The position numbers and the translations under genes are program-made. Positions 9,612 through 19,379 of a DNA stretch of 64,000 bases are shown piece after piece; positions within the stretch are counted from its first letter, which is position 1; every line of letters begins with the position of its first letter. The notes below the pieces were generated by a model. That model had not been told where the DNA came from. It did not search any database and worked only from the letters and a program-made list of their open reading frames with translations. Source of the DNA: Myxococcales bacterium (GTDB lineage: Bacteria; Desulfobacterota; Binatia; HRBIN30); the NCBI GenBank assembly GCA_037445065.1, contig JBBILD010000001.1:128001-192000 (forward strand), read 5' to 3'.

Positions 9612-10624
9612 AGCGAAGGAGGTTGGGCCGCACCGGCTTGGTTGTGTCCGAGATTTGTATCGGCACGATGACGTTCGGTAACCAGGCCGATGAGAAAACG
9701 AGTTTTGCCATTCTGGAGCGGGCGTTTGACGCGGGGGTTGACTTCATTGACGTCGCCGAGGTGTATCCCGTCCCACCTGAGCGAAAATGGGCCGGGCGCA
9801 GCGAGGAGATCGTTGGTAGGTGGTTGAAAACGAAACCACGGGATGCTGTCTTCTTGGCTACCAAGGTGGCCGGGCCTGGGGGAGGATGGTTCGTAACCCC
9901 AGTGCGCGAGAACAAAGGATCTCTCGATCGTCACCATATTCGCCGCGCAGTCGAAGGCAGCTTGCGCCGTTTGGGTACCGATTACATTGATTTGTACCAA
10001 ACCCACTGGCCGGATCGCGGTGTGCCCTGGGAGGAAACGCTGGCGGCGCTGAGCGAACTCGTGGAAGAGGGGAAGGTGCGCTACGTTGGCTGCTCTAACG
10101 AAACCGCGTACGGGCTTACGAAGAGCCTCTGGGTCAGTGACGTCCACGGCTTTGTTCGTTATGAGACCATTCAAAATAACTACAGCCTGTTGCATCGCCG
10201 CTTTGAGGACGAGCTTGCCGAAGTGGGCCGCCGCGAGTCTGTGAGCCTGCTGGCGTATAGCCCGTTGGCCGGTGGCGTGCTTGCAGGCAAGTACCAAAAC
10301 GGGGCGTGGCCAGCCGGTGCACGCTTCACCTTGTACAGGGACTACAATGAGCGGACCCGCGTCATGACGCAACGCTTCGTGAATGAGCGCACCTTGGCGG
10401 CGACGGAACGATACGCGGCCATCGCGCGCGAGGCGGGTATTCCACTTCCCACCTTGGCAATCGCCTGGGTGCTGTCGCGGGACTTTGTGGGAGCCGCCAT
10501 CGTCGGCGCCACGACGCCCGAACAACTGCAAGCGACAGTCAAGGCAAGCGAAGTCACCTTGGACGAAGAGGTGCTGCGCGCTTGCGAGCAAGTCGCACGC
10601 GAGTGGCCGTATCCGATGGGCTAG
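9608..10624 (+). CDS. aldo/keto reductase (Tas-like)
   Basis: LGRTGLVVSEICIGTMTFG, DVAEVY, SLRRLGTDYIDLYQTHWPD, YSPLAGG. Confidence 0.92.
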   Translation: MKRRRLGRTGLVVSEICIGTMTFGNQADEKTSFAILERAFDAGVDFIDVAEVYPVPPERKWAGRSEEIVGRWLKTKPRDAVFLATKVAGPGGGWFVTPVRENKGSLDRHHIRRAVEGSLRRLGTDYIDLYQTHWPDRGVPWEETLAALSELVEEGKVRYVGCSNETAYGLTKSLWVSDVHGFVRYETIQNNYSLLHRRFEDELAEVGRRESVSLLAYSPLAGGVLAGKYQNGAWPAGARFTLYRDYNERTRVMTQRFVNERTLAATERYAAIAREAGIPLPTLAIAWVLSRDFVGAAIVGATTPEQLQATVKASEVTLDEEVLRACEQVAREWPYPMG

Positions 10625-10647
10625 GGATGCGGGAGGAAGGCTGAGTC

Positions 10648-10896
10648 ATGGCTGATCAAGCTTTTGTCGTCCAAGAGGTGAAGTGGTACCAGTTTCGAGG
10701 CCCAGATGGCCGACCGTTCTTGGTGATGGTGGCTTCGCTACCGAACGGGTTTTACACCGCAGTGCCCTGTAAATGGGAAATGACCTTGGCTGCACATGGG
10801 CACATGGCGCTGGGGAGCTCGATCGAGGCGGCTCTGGATCAGTTGCAGGGAACCCTCGCTGGGAAGTCGATCGAGGAGATCTTTGCTTCGGAGTGA
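10648..10896 (+). CDS. small hypothetical protein
   Basis: 82 aa ORF with GGAGG RBS and protein-like composition. Confidence 0.65.
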   Translation: MADQAFVVQEVKWYQFRGPDGRPFLVMVASLPNGFYTAVPCKWEMTLAAHGHMALGSSIEAALDQLQGTLAGKSIEEIFASE

Positions 10897-11009
10897 CAGG
10901 CGCATGGGGAGCAGATCGCAATCTGGTCGCGGTTCGCCTGCTTTCGGAGCCCTGGCTCGGCGCCGGAGTGGATCGCTCTCTGGAAGGAAAAGCAAGGCCC
11001 GCCGCGCGC

Positions 11010-13133
11010 CTATGTCGCGAGGCGGTAGCGCTTGACGAGTTGTTGCAACGTAGAACTGACTTCGACCAGACTCTGGATGGACTGCTCGATCTGCTCCACA
11101 CTCTGCAAGTTGGCGCGGCTCGCCTCATCGATTTGCCGCATGGCTTCCGTAACTTGCTCCATCTCGGCGAGTTGGCGCTGGCTGGTTTGAGTCAGATTTG
11201 CGACCGATGCGGTAGCCTCGGCTAAGCTCTGCGCTAAAGTGCGGATCGCCTCGCCAGAGTCCAAGCTTTGCTGGATGCCGGCTTCGGCAGCCTTGGTGGC
11301 ATGTTCGCTGGCTAGAATGACGTCTTGTGCGGCCTTCTGGATGTCTGCCAGAATCGTCGTGATTTGCGCGGTGGCACGCTTGGAACGGTCGGACAGGTTT
11401 TTCACCTCTTGTGCGACGACCGCGAATCCCTTGCCGTGGACCCCGGCGCGCACCGCTTCGATGCCGGCATTGACGGAAAGCAGGTCGCTCTGATCCGCTA
11501 GATCGTTGACCGTCGCAGTGATCTGGGCGATGGCGCGAGTTTGCTCCCCCAGTTGGTTGATCTTTTTGGCGATGAGTTTCATTTGCTCCCGCACATTCTC
11601 GATTCCTTTGATTGCATCCTGAACCGCCTTTTCCCCAATCTCGGAAATGGCCACAGCTTGCTCGCCCGCAGCGGCCACTTCGGCAGCCCGGCGGCTTGCA
11701 GCCTCGGATACTTGCTTCACTTCTTCCACTGTGCGGGTCGCCTCGCTGACGGCTTGGGTGGCGCGCTGCGCCTCGTTCATGAGCCGAACGAGGGCCGAGT
11801 TCACGTTGCGGTTGGTCTCTCCTAATGCGCGGATTTCTTCCTGCAGAAGGCGGAGTTCCTCTTGAAGGCTGCGCACCATCCGTGCCAAGGCGTGGCCGAG
11901 CACGTCATGTTCTGACTGAGGCTCAAAGGTAACGGCCAAGTCTCCACGGGAGATACGGTCAGCCGCTTCCGCAACGCGGCGCAGCGACTGCACCATATGT
12001 TCGAAGGCGCGTGCGAGTGCTCCAACCTCGTCACCTCGCCCGTTCGCAGACAGGTGTACGGAGAGATCGCCCATGGCGAGACGGTCGGCTGCCACCACAG
12101 CTTCCTGGAGGGGACGGTTCAAATCGCGAATGATAAAAATCGCCAGCCCGCTGACGATCACGCCGGCGAGTAGGAGCAGAGCAACGGTTACTGTTAGTTG
12201 GCGGCCGAGGGCCTGGGCGCGCGCTTCCAAAACTCCACGCAGCGCGGGAGTGGCCACTGAGTGGAGCGCGTACGCCGCATCGAGTGCTTTGGTGGAAAGT
12301 GCCCACCACTCAGCGGGAGAGATTTTTGCGTACTCGACGTTGATAAACTCCCGGTCGAGAGCCGCCAGGAACTCGTTTGCCGCCTGGGCGACCGTCTTGC
12401 GCGGTTCCTCCAGGATGTCGCGCAAGCCGGGTTGAGCCGAGTAGACGCGGTTCAAGTCAGTCTGCAGCCGGTCCGTGTAGTAGTACACGAGTGCGTATCG
12501 CCGGCTGAAGGCCTTCAACTCCTCTTCGCGGATCATCCCGCCTTGGACCGCGATGCTGAGGGCGAGGTCACGCACTTGCCCCATGATTTCGGTCAACTCG
12601 GGGACGATGACCCGAGTCGCGTCCGCTAGGTAGTAAGAGCCTGGGTCGGGATCGAAGGAGAGATGCGACGCGTCCCCGACTTGGGCCAGCAAGCTCAGCA
12701 ACTGGCGGTGAATCGCGTTTTGCTTGTCGAATAAGTCTCGTCCCAACTCCTGCCAGTGAGCCAGTAAGCCCTCGACTTCTTCACGTAGTTTGCCCCAAGG
12801 TTCGCGGATGCCCAACTGTTCTCCGAGTTTTGCATCCACGGTGTTGACGGCCTGAAGGTCCTCTTTAACTTTGGCAGCAATTTTTGCGCGTTCGGCAACG
12901 AACTCCCCCTCGCCGTGCATCAGTCCGGTGCTGAGGCCCCGGTGGATTTGCAAATCACGCAGTAGTTGTACGAGCGACTCGGAGTACTGGAGGCCGGCGA
13001 GTTCCCTGTGTGTGATCTCCGTTCCGAGAGCCCTCATGCCCGCTACTAGCCGGTAGGTGACGACGGCCAGCGGGACGAAGAGCAGCAACCCCATCAGAAT
13101 GAACTTCTGCGGGATACTGAGCCGAGCGAGCAT
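11010..13133 (-). CDS. methyl-accepting chemotaxis protein (large periplasmic sensor, tandem HAMP)
   Basis: Two TM helices, HAMP repeats (DEVGALARAF, DVLGHALARM), signalling tip QSDLLSVNAGIEAVRAGVHGKGFAVVAQEVKNL. ATG 13133 with AGGAGG RBS. Confidence 0.92.
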   Translation of the reverse strand: MLARLSIPQKFILMGLLLFVPLAVVTYRLVAGMRALGTEITHRELAGLQYSESLVQLLRDLQIHRGLSTGLMHGEGEFVAERAKIAAKVKEDLQAVNTVDAKLGEQLGIREPWGKLREEVEGLLAHWQELGRDLFDKQNAIHRQLLSLLAQVGDASHLSFDPDPGSYYLADATRVIVPELTEIMGQVRDLALSIAVQGGMIREEELKAFSRRYALVYYYTDRLQTDLNRVYSAQPGLRDILEEPRKTVAQAANEFLAALDREFINVEYAKISPAEWWALSTKALDAAYALHSVATPALRGVLEARAQALGRQLTVTVALLLLAGVIVSGLAIFIIRDLNRPLQEAVVAADRLAMGDLSVHLSANGRGDEVGALARAFEHMVQSLRRVAEAADRISRGDLAVTFEPQSEHDVLGHALARMVRSLQEELRLLQEEIRALGETNRNVNSALVRLMNEAQRATQAVSEATRTVEEVKQVSEAASRRAAEVAAAGEQAVAISEIGEKAVQDAIKGIENVREQMKLIAKKINQLGEQTRAIAQITATVNDLADQSDLLSVNAGIEAVRAGVHGKGFAVVAQEVKNLSDRSKRATAQITTILADIQKAAQDVILASEHATKAAEAGIQQSLDSGEAIRTLAQSLAEATASVANLTQTSQRQLAEMEQVTEAMRQIDEASRANLQSVEQIEQSIQSLVEVSSTLQQLVKRYRLAT

Positions 13134-13158
13134 CGGCCTGTCCTCCTGAGTAGCCGGG

Positions 13159-15177
13159 TTACTTTCCGAACCGGACGAGCGAGCCGGCGTCGAAAACCGC
13201 GGGGTCGATTTTGACGCGGCGGTCAAACGGAGATCGCGGGTCGTAGCGAGCCCCGGCGAGTGAGGCCCGTTTCATCTTGAAGTTTTCTGCCACGGCCCAA
13301 GTTTGGGTCGTTACGGGCACCGTTTCTTGTCCGTCCGGTGTGCGATGGTTGGGCAAGCCAAGCACCGCATAGGTGAGAATGTGCTCCCCATTCCAGTTGA
13401 ACTTCTGGTGGTACGCCCCTGCGAAGGTTTCGGCGTCAATCCACAGCACCAGGCGACCGTACAAGTAGTACTTGTCTCGCGGTACCGCCTCCACCAGGTA
13501 CATAGGCCGCCGTGCCAACCCGCCTTGGGGCAATGCCCAAGGCACGCCAGTCCAACCCGGGATTTCGTATCCGTAGTAACCGCTACGGTCCATCAGAGAA
13601 TCCCAGCCGCCTTCTTTGCCGGGACGAGGGACGATCCGGTTCGGGGGCAGCGATTCGGGATCGACTACACGCAGCGCCTCACGTTTCTCGAGGAGGCGCC
13701 AGCGAAACTCTTGAGGCTTCCCGTCGAACAGGTACCCGTCATCCGAGCAGATGTCCGAACCAAGGTAACCGTCGGAGCGGTTGGCAGGGCTGACGGCTCG
13801 TACTCGCCGCAACGCGGGTACGAATGCCCACTGCGAGTCGCGCACGTCCGGGTCTCGGTAACGCCAGAACAAAACCGCAGTGCCCTGTGTGTCGAGCGGA
13901 GATAAGGCCACGGCCAGGAACTGGTTTTGGAGGTTCATCGGGTTCTCCTTGCGGTACTTCGGCGCTTGCCCATCGTAAAACTCAAACCAGCCCTCCGCGC
14001 CGAGTTCTCGCTCGACCCCTTTGTAGTTCATCATGATCAGGCGTGTGCGGGTGTGAGCGTTGCCTCCGTACCAGGTGGCGAGGTAGTAATTCCAAACCAC
14101 CTTAACGCCGGCCTGTGGGTCATTCGGATCAATGTTCGGGAAAGGCAGACCATACAGATAATCGGGTTGCTTTCCGGTAGTCCGATCGATGACGGTACCC
14201 CGCTCGTCCACAGTGAGCCGGGTGGCGTTTTCCTGAGTCGCGTCAACAAAGCTTTTTTCCCAATTGGGATTGCCCAGAGGGTAGTCCACGATTTTGCTCA
14301 CGTATTCTCCCTTCTGGTAGTGCTGCCAAATCTCGGGCGGGAGCAGATCCTTCGCCAAGGGTGCTGTTGTTTGATCTAGAATCATCCCAGGCTTCAAAAC
14401 CCCCACGGCGGGAGCGGTCTCGCGCGGGCTCTCGACTTCTCGGGCAGCTGTGTGGGTAGGGGGCGGTGCGGTGGTGAACGTGGGGCTCGGTATCGAGGCG
14501 GCAGTGTGGGTAGGCTCGACAGCCCGCGGAGAGGGTTCCTCACCCGCTACTTTGCCAATCGTCTCCTGCGTTGCGGTGGGCATAGGCCGGGTTGGGGTGG
14601 GAGCTGGACGGGTTGCCGTCGGTTGAGGTGGCGCAACAACTTCGGTCGGTGAGGGAGATGGACTCACCTTGGCGACGTGCGTTTCTCTCACGCCGAAGGC
14701 CAGATTTTGGCCCCATACCCAACCTTCCTGGCCAGACGAAGTGCGTACGCGGTAGTAACCATTGCGGGGTTGCGGCTCGACCAGTGTCAGAACCATCCCT
14801 GCCTCCAACACCTCCACGACCCCCTCACGGGTGCTGGGTCCCGAGCGCAAGTTCGTCGCTTGAAGGAGCTGCGCGTTCTGGGCCTGAGCAGTGGCGCCAA
14901 GCCCAGTGATCCGGAGGTTCCGTGCCCACAGCCAGCCTTCCTCCCCCCGCTCCGTCTTTACTTTGTAATAGCCGTTTTCGAACACGAGCCCGGGGACCTC
15001 TACTCGCTCCGGTGGCGTCACTAACCGTAGAGGAGCAAGGCGCATCGAGGGCTCGGGGCGTAGATTCGAGTTCCGGCGTACCTCCGCCGTTTGTGCCGCC
15101 ACCGAACCCCAGCTCGTCATGACCGTGAGCGCCACTCCCCCGGCCGCCCAACACCAATGCACGCGTTTTCCTTTCAT
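13159..15177 (-). CDS. exported protein: tandem SH3b domains + Pro/Thr linker + DUF1329-like domain
   Basis: Signal peptide; two repeats of NLR..PS...NGYY.V.T..G.EGW.W..NL; PT-rich linker; C-terminal GLPFP.ID..DPQAG and W.FVPALRRVR motifs typical of DUF1329. Confidence 0.8.
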   Translation of the reverse strand: MKGKRVHWCWAAGGVALTVMTSWGSVAAQTAEVRRNSNLRPEPSMRLAPLRLVTPPERVEVPGLVFENGYYKVKTERGEEGWLWARNLRITGLGATAQAQNAQLLQATNLRSGPSTREGVVEVLEAGMVLTLVEPQPRNGYYRVRTSSGQEGWVWGQNLAFGVRETHVAKVSPSPSPTEVVAPPQPTATRPAPTPTRPMPTATQETIGKVAGEEPSPRAVEPTHTAASIPSPTFTTAPPPTHTAAREVESPRETAPAVGVLKPGMILDQTTAPLAKDLLPPEIWQHYQKGEYVSKIVDYPLGNPNWEKSFVDATQENATRLTVDERGTVIDRTTGKQPDYLYGLPFPNIDPNDPQAGVKVVWNYYLATWYGGNAHTRTRLIMMNYKGVERELGAEGWFEFYDGQAPKYRKENPMNLQNQFLAVALSPLDTQGTAVLFWRYRDPDVRDSQWAFVPALRRVRAVSPANRSDGYLGSDICSDDGYLFDGKPQEFRWRLLEKREALRVVDPESLPPNRIVPRPGKEGGWDSLMDRSGYYGYEIPGWTGVPWALPQGGLARRPMYLVEAVPRDKYYLYGRLVLWIDAETFAGAYHQKFNWNGEHILTYAVLGLPNHRTPDGQETVPVTTQTWAVAENFKMKRASLAGARYDPRSPFDRRVKIDPAVFDAGSLVRFGK

Positions 15178-15431
15178 CTCCCTTCCCCTGAATCGAATCT
15201 ACCGTCACAGAAGTTCCGGCAGGCCGAATCTCTGCGAGCAAGGCATGGGCCAACAGGGTAGGGCTTACGGTTTTCTCAAAAACGAGACTGAGGGGCGCAA
15301 AGCGTCATTTTTGAACAGCCGCATGGCGAATTCCTGTCAGCCCCTTCGGGGAACCTGCGGGCCCAGCAGAGGGGCTGAAGGCCGCCGCTTTGAGACGGCC
15401 TCGGGAGGGCCTTCCCTAAAACCCGCGCCGG

Positions 15432-15449
15432 GGGCAGCGATCGCTGCCC
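15432..15449. repeat. perfect 18-bp palindrome GGGCAGCGATCGCTGCCC in a divergent intergenic region
   Basis: The sequence equals its own reverse complement. Confidence 0.6.
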
Positions 15450-15598
15450 GAGCTCTGCCGCTGTCGGAACCCAAACCCTCCGCCCGTGTGCGGGATGGGG
15501 TTTCTCACTCCCCTTGCGGGAGAGCTTGGCCTTGCGTAACTGCTAGCGCTCTGTTGGCGCTTACGAGCGGGCTGGCTCTCAGCGTGAGGAGGATAGTG

Positions 15599-16153
15599 AT
15601 GACGAAGGGGAGGCTTACGTTGTGGGCAGTGGCTGGGTTTTGCGCGGTTGCAAGCGTCTTGCTGTGGGGTCGGGCCGTCACTGCGGAAGCTGGACTAGCC
15701 GCACTCGATGCGGAATATGGTTTTCGTGGGGTCAGCTTTGGGGACGATGTCAGCAGCGTGAAGGGCTTAAAAAAGGTAGGTGAGCGCGGCGAGTGTGAAA
15801 TTGCCTACCAGCGGCCTTCCGACAAGCTCGACTTCGAAGGCGTCCCTTTGACCGGCATCGAGTACTCTTTCCAGAACGATCGCTTCACCCTGGTGTCCCT
15901 ACTTGCGCAGCCGCAGCACTGTGTGCGCTTGTACCACGCGCTGCGGGCAAAGTATGGCGAGGATATGACCAAACTGGGCGAGCAGGGCCTGCAGAAGCCA
16001 TTCTGGACCGCTACGTGGCAAAGCAAGCGGGTACGCATTGACCTCACCGGCCCGGTCGGCTGCATTGCCACAATTAGCGCCCCGGAAGAGGCGATCCTGG
16101 AAGAGCGGCGATGTCGGGAGGACGACCGGGTCAAAGCGGGACCAGGCCACTGA
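15599..16153 (+). CDS. hypothetical exported protein
   Basis: ATG 15599 after GAGGAGG; signal peptide MTKGRLTLWAVAGFCAVASVLLW; FRGVSFG motif. Confidence 0.7.
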   Translation: MTKGRLTLWAVAGFCAVASVLLWGRAVTAEAGLAALDAEYGFRGVSFGDDVSSVKGLKKVGERGECEIAYQRPSDKLDFEGVPLTGIEYSFQNDRFTLVSLLAQPQHCVRLYHALRAKYGEDMTKLGEQGLQKPFWTATWQSKRVRIDLTGPVGCIATISAPEEAILEERRCREDDRVKAGPGH

Positions 16154-16224
16154 AGGTTCCGCGCCGTGTGGACCGTGGGTGTCGGCGGGGCTTGTTCGAA
16201 GCCGACAGACTTGTTTGCGACCGT

Positions 16225-17463
16225 TCAGAGCCCCCGGTGGAGGCGTACTGGATAGGTCCCCAGCACGCGAAATAAGGAGCGGCCCCACACCGTCTCCTCG
16301 CTCAAGGGCTCGATCCGGGCGAAGCGGCGGGCAAGTCCGCCGATGGCCTCCTGAGCCTCCATGCGTGCTAAGTGCGCGCCGAGACAAAAGTGGACGCCAC
16401 CCCCGAAGGCCAAATGGTCGTTGTCCTCGCGGCGGATGTTGAACTTGTCCGGTTCTGGGAACTGCTCAGGGTCGCGATTGGCGGCGGCTAGGAAGCACAT
16501 CACCGGGGTGTCCTCGGGGATCGCCGTGTCGCCGAAAGCGGTGTCTTGGCGGGTGACCCGCATGGTCAGCACGATGGGACCATCGTAGCGCAAACATTCC
16601 TCGACCGCGTTCTCGATCAGGTGTGGCTCTGCACGCAGCAACTGCCATTGCTCGGGGTGCCGAACGAACGCACGCACGCCATTGCCAATCAGACCGATGG
16701 TGGTTTCGAACCCGGCAATGAGTAGCCCGATCGCCTGCGCCAGGAGTTCACTTTCCGACAGGCGGTCGCCCTCTTCCTCGGCTCGGATCAAGTCGCTCAA
16801 GATATCGTCCCGCAAGTTTTTCCGGCGCTCAGCGATGAGGGCGCGAAAGTATTCGGCAAGCTGGAGTGCAGCTTCTAAGCTTCGTTGCAGTTGATCGGAA
16901 CTCAGCATCGCAGCGGCGAGCAGATGGGTCGCAAGCGCAGTCCACTCGGTGAACATGGGCCGGTCACTCAGCGGCACACCCATCATTTCGCAAATCACAG
17001 TTGAGGGAACCGGCAGGGCGAGGTCGGCAATCACGTCCATCTCCCCGCGGCGCGCAGCCTCGTCGAGAAGTTCGTCCACGAGCGCTCGCACCCGTCCGCG
17101 CAATTGCGCCACCGCTCTCGGGCGGAACGCTTGATTCATGAGTTTACGGATGCGCGTGTGGTCCGGAGGATCCAGGCGCAGTACGAATTGGCCCGGCCCG
17201 CCAGGGCCCGGTTGCAGGTCGGGCAGAGATCCATACACGGTGCCGTCTTTCCGCCGGACGCCCGAAGGGACCTCCTTGAGCATCCGCACCACGTCCCGGT
17301 ACCGAGTGAGTCGGTAAGTTCCCTCAGGAGTGGCGTGGACCGGCGCGTAGGTTCGCAGACGCGCGAGAAATGGGTAAGGATCGTCGCGAAACGCGGGGTC
17401 GGCGACGTGTACGCCAAGGTACGGGTCGGTTCGCCAATCTTCGCTTTGCACGGTGGCTTCCAT
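16225..17463 (-). CDS. cytochrome P450
   Basis: DPPDHTRIR, I-helix AGFETT, ExxR (EECLR), heme motif FGGGVHFCLG. Confidence 0.95.
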   Translation of the reverse strand: MEATVQSEDWRTDPYLGVHVADPAFRDDPYPFLARLRTYAPVHATPEGTYRLTRYRDVVRMLKEVPSGVRRKDGTVYGSLPDLQPGPGGPGQFVLRLDPPDHTRIRKLMNQAFRPRAVAQLRGRVRALVDELLDEAARRGEMDVIADLALPVPSTVICEMMGVPLSDRPMFTEWTALATHLLAAAMLSSDQLQRSLEAALQLAEYFRALIAERRKNLRDDILSDLIRAEEEGDRLSESELLAQAIGLLIAGFETTIGLIGNGVRAFVRHPEQWQLLRAEPHLIENAVEECLRYDGPIVLTMRVTRQDTAFGDTAIPEDTPVMCFLAAANRDPEQFPEPDKFNIRREDNDHLAFGGGVHFCLGAHLARMEAQEAIGGLARRFARIEPLSEETVWGRSLFRVLGTYPVRLHRGL

Positions 17464-17589
17464 CGCTTGGGTGCCCTCTTGAAAGCAGCCGTACTGCGAC
17501 ACGGGATTTATGGCAACCACGGCCTAACCAGGCCACGCGGGGGGAAGCCGCTGGATCGCCGACCGCGTACCCTGCTCGGTGTGGGCCGG

Positions 17590-19266
17590 TTACCAGCGGG
17601 TCAGCAGCATGCAGCCCGCCACTGGCCCGCCGCCCACCGCAACAGCCGCGACTTCGCAGTCCGGCACCTGTCGTTCACCGCACTCGGCACGCAACTGACG
17701 CACGGCTTCTGCAACGAAGCCGAAACCGTGCAAGCGGCCTCCGGAGAGTTGCCCACCCCACGTGTTCATCGGCAGGGTCCCGCCCAGCTTCGTGCAGCCG
17801 GCCTGCACGAAGGGACCCCCTTCCCCGGGAGCACAGAACCCCAGGGCTTCGAGCCAAGCCAGAGGCAGGAACGAGAAGCCATCGTACAACTGCACCGTGT
17901 CGACGTCGCTCGGCCGTAGGGAAGTGCGCTGCCATAAGTGTCGGGCCGCGTCGTGCGCCGCCATTGTGGTGAGGTCGGGCCATTGGTCCCACACCGGCCG
18001 GTGCCAAAGTGCCGTCCCGACTGCTTCGATGCGCACCGGTGGTTTTGCCAGATCCCGGGCAAAGTCTTCGTGCGAAAGTACGATGGCGGTGGAGCCGTCC
18101 ACCGGAGCATCGCAGTCATACAAACAAAACGGATCGCTGATCATGCGAGCCTGCCAGTAATCCTCCCAGGTGAGGGGTTCCCGGTACACTGCTGCAGGAT
18201 TTCGCCGGGCGTGCTCGCGCTCGAGCAGCGCCACCGCGCCCAGGTGCTCTCGTGTGGTCCCATAGCGGTGCATGTGGCGGCGCGCGTACAGGGCGATCCA
18301 ATTTGCTGCAGACATGGCGCCGAATGGGACCAGCCAGGCGGCAAAGCCAGAGATGCGGGGCGATCCGGAACCAATTCCACGCCGACCTGTGTCCGCCGCC
18401 GCAGTTGCTTCCGTAACCGTCCGGTACACTAGCGCATGCCGGCACAGTCCTGAGCCGATGGCCAGCGCTGCCGCGATCAAAGGCATGATTTGCCCCGGTC
18501 CCTCGAGGCCAGAGAGATGCCAGCGAACGTGCAAGCCGAGGGCGTCTTGTACGTCGTAAATGCTCGGACCGCTGAAGCCTGGGGCGGCCTGTCCTGGTCC
18601 CGGGTAGGCAGCGATGCCGTCAATATCGCGCGGCGTGAGCCCAGCGTCTTCGATCGCCCTGAGGGCTGCTTCGCAGGTGAGGTCTAGATCGTCTCGAAAT
18701 AGACGGCGGCCGATCGCCGACTGCCCCACCCCGGAAATCAGCGCTTTCCGCTCCAACGGTAGAGGCCTGGTGTGGACAGCGGCAGGACCCAACGGAGGAG
18801 AATCACCTGCCGTGTCGCGGCTGGAGTGGCTTAGGTCTCCCTCTTCTGGCGCGACAGAACTCGACGCAGGGCGGAACAGTGGCAGGCCGATTTCCTCGCT
18901 TACAGGCAAGAAGTGGGCCTCTACTGCCATGCCAATCTTGACCTCCTCTGGCCGGCAATCCACCAGGTTCGTGGTCAAGCGAAGGCCGTGCTGCTCCTCT
19001 AATTCGACCAGCCCGATTACGTAAGGCACTTCTTGGCCCGGGTACCAGGGCTTGTGATTCACAGTGAAACTGTAAACGCGGCCGCGCCCGCTCACCGCTT
19101 CCCAGCGCAGGGTGCTCGTCAGACAGCGTGGGCACAGTGGCCGCGGTGGGTGCACGAAGAAATGACAGGAAGAGCAGCGGAGAAATTCGAGCCGGCCTCC
19201 GCGGCAGGCGCGCCAGAATCTTTCTGTGAGCGGTTCTAATGCAGGTAAGGGGCGAAAACCGTTCAT
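17590..19266 (-). CDS. DUF35 (Zn-ribbon/OB-fold) fused to SCP-x/Ltp2-like thiolase-fold protein
   Basis: N-terminal CSSC...PPRPLCPRC and GRGRVYSFT; C-terminal ISGVGQS, DCDAPVDG, QLYDGF, NTWGGQLSGGRLHG. Confidence 0.85.
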   Translation of the reverse strand: MNGFRPLPALEPLTERFWRACRGGRLEFLRCSSCHFFVHPPRPLCPRCLTSTLRWEAVSGRGRVYSFTVNHKPWYPGQEVPYVIGLVELEEQHGLRLTTNLVDCRPEEVKIGMAVEAHFLPVSEEIGLPLFRPASSSVAPEEGDLSHSSRDTAGDSPPLGPAAVHTRPLPLERKALISGVGQSAIGRRLFRDDLDLTCEAALRAIEDAGLTPRDIDGIAAYPGPGQAAPGFSGPSIYDVQDALGLHVRWHLSGLEGPGQIMPLIAAALAIGSGLCRHALVYRTVTEATAAADTGRRGIGSGSPRISGFAAWLVPFGAMSAANWIALYARRHMHRYGTTREHLGAVALLEREHARRNPAAVYREPLTWEDYWQARMISDPFCLYDCDAPVDGSTAIVLSHEDFARDLAKPPVRIEAVGTALWHRPVWDQWPDLTTMAAHDAARHLWQRTSLRPSDVDTVQLYDGFSFLPLAWLEALGFCAPGEGGPFVQAGCTKLGGTLPMNTWGGQLSGGRLHGFGFVAEAVRQLRAECGERQVPDCEVAAVAVGGGPVAGCMLLTRW

Positions 19267-19379
19267 GCTCGGCCCGTAACCACAAGTTTGGCCGAAGCGC
19301 AAACCAGGCTGTGTACCCTTGCATGACTGTTGCCGCCTGCGATCGTGGCAGAGTCAGCGTGGCCCGTTGAGGAGGAGAC

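Noticed and set aside
15240..15330. c-di-GMP-I riboswitch-like string GGGCGCAAAGC
   Set aside because: The GGCAAAC/GAAA-loop stem and the downstream conserved elements could not be built.
15119..15598. Long N-terminal extensions in the ORF track (also 22443, 35800, 37291, 43279, 45287)
   Set aside because: They overlap neighbouring genes or intergenic DNA; internal starts with an RBS match the domain boundaries better.
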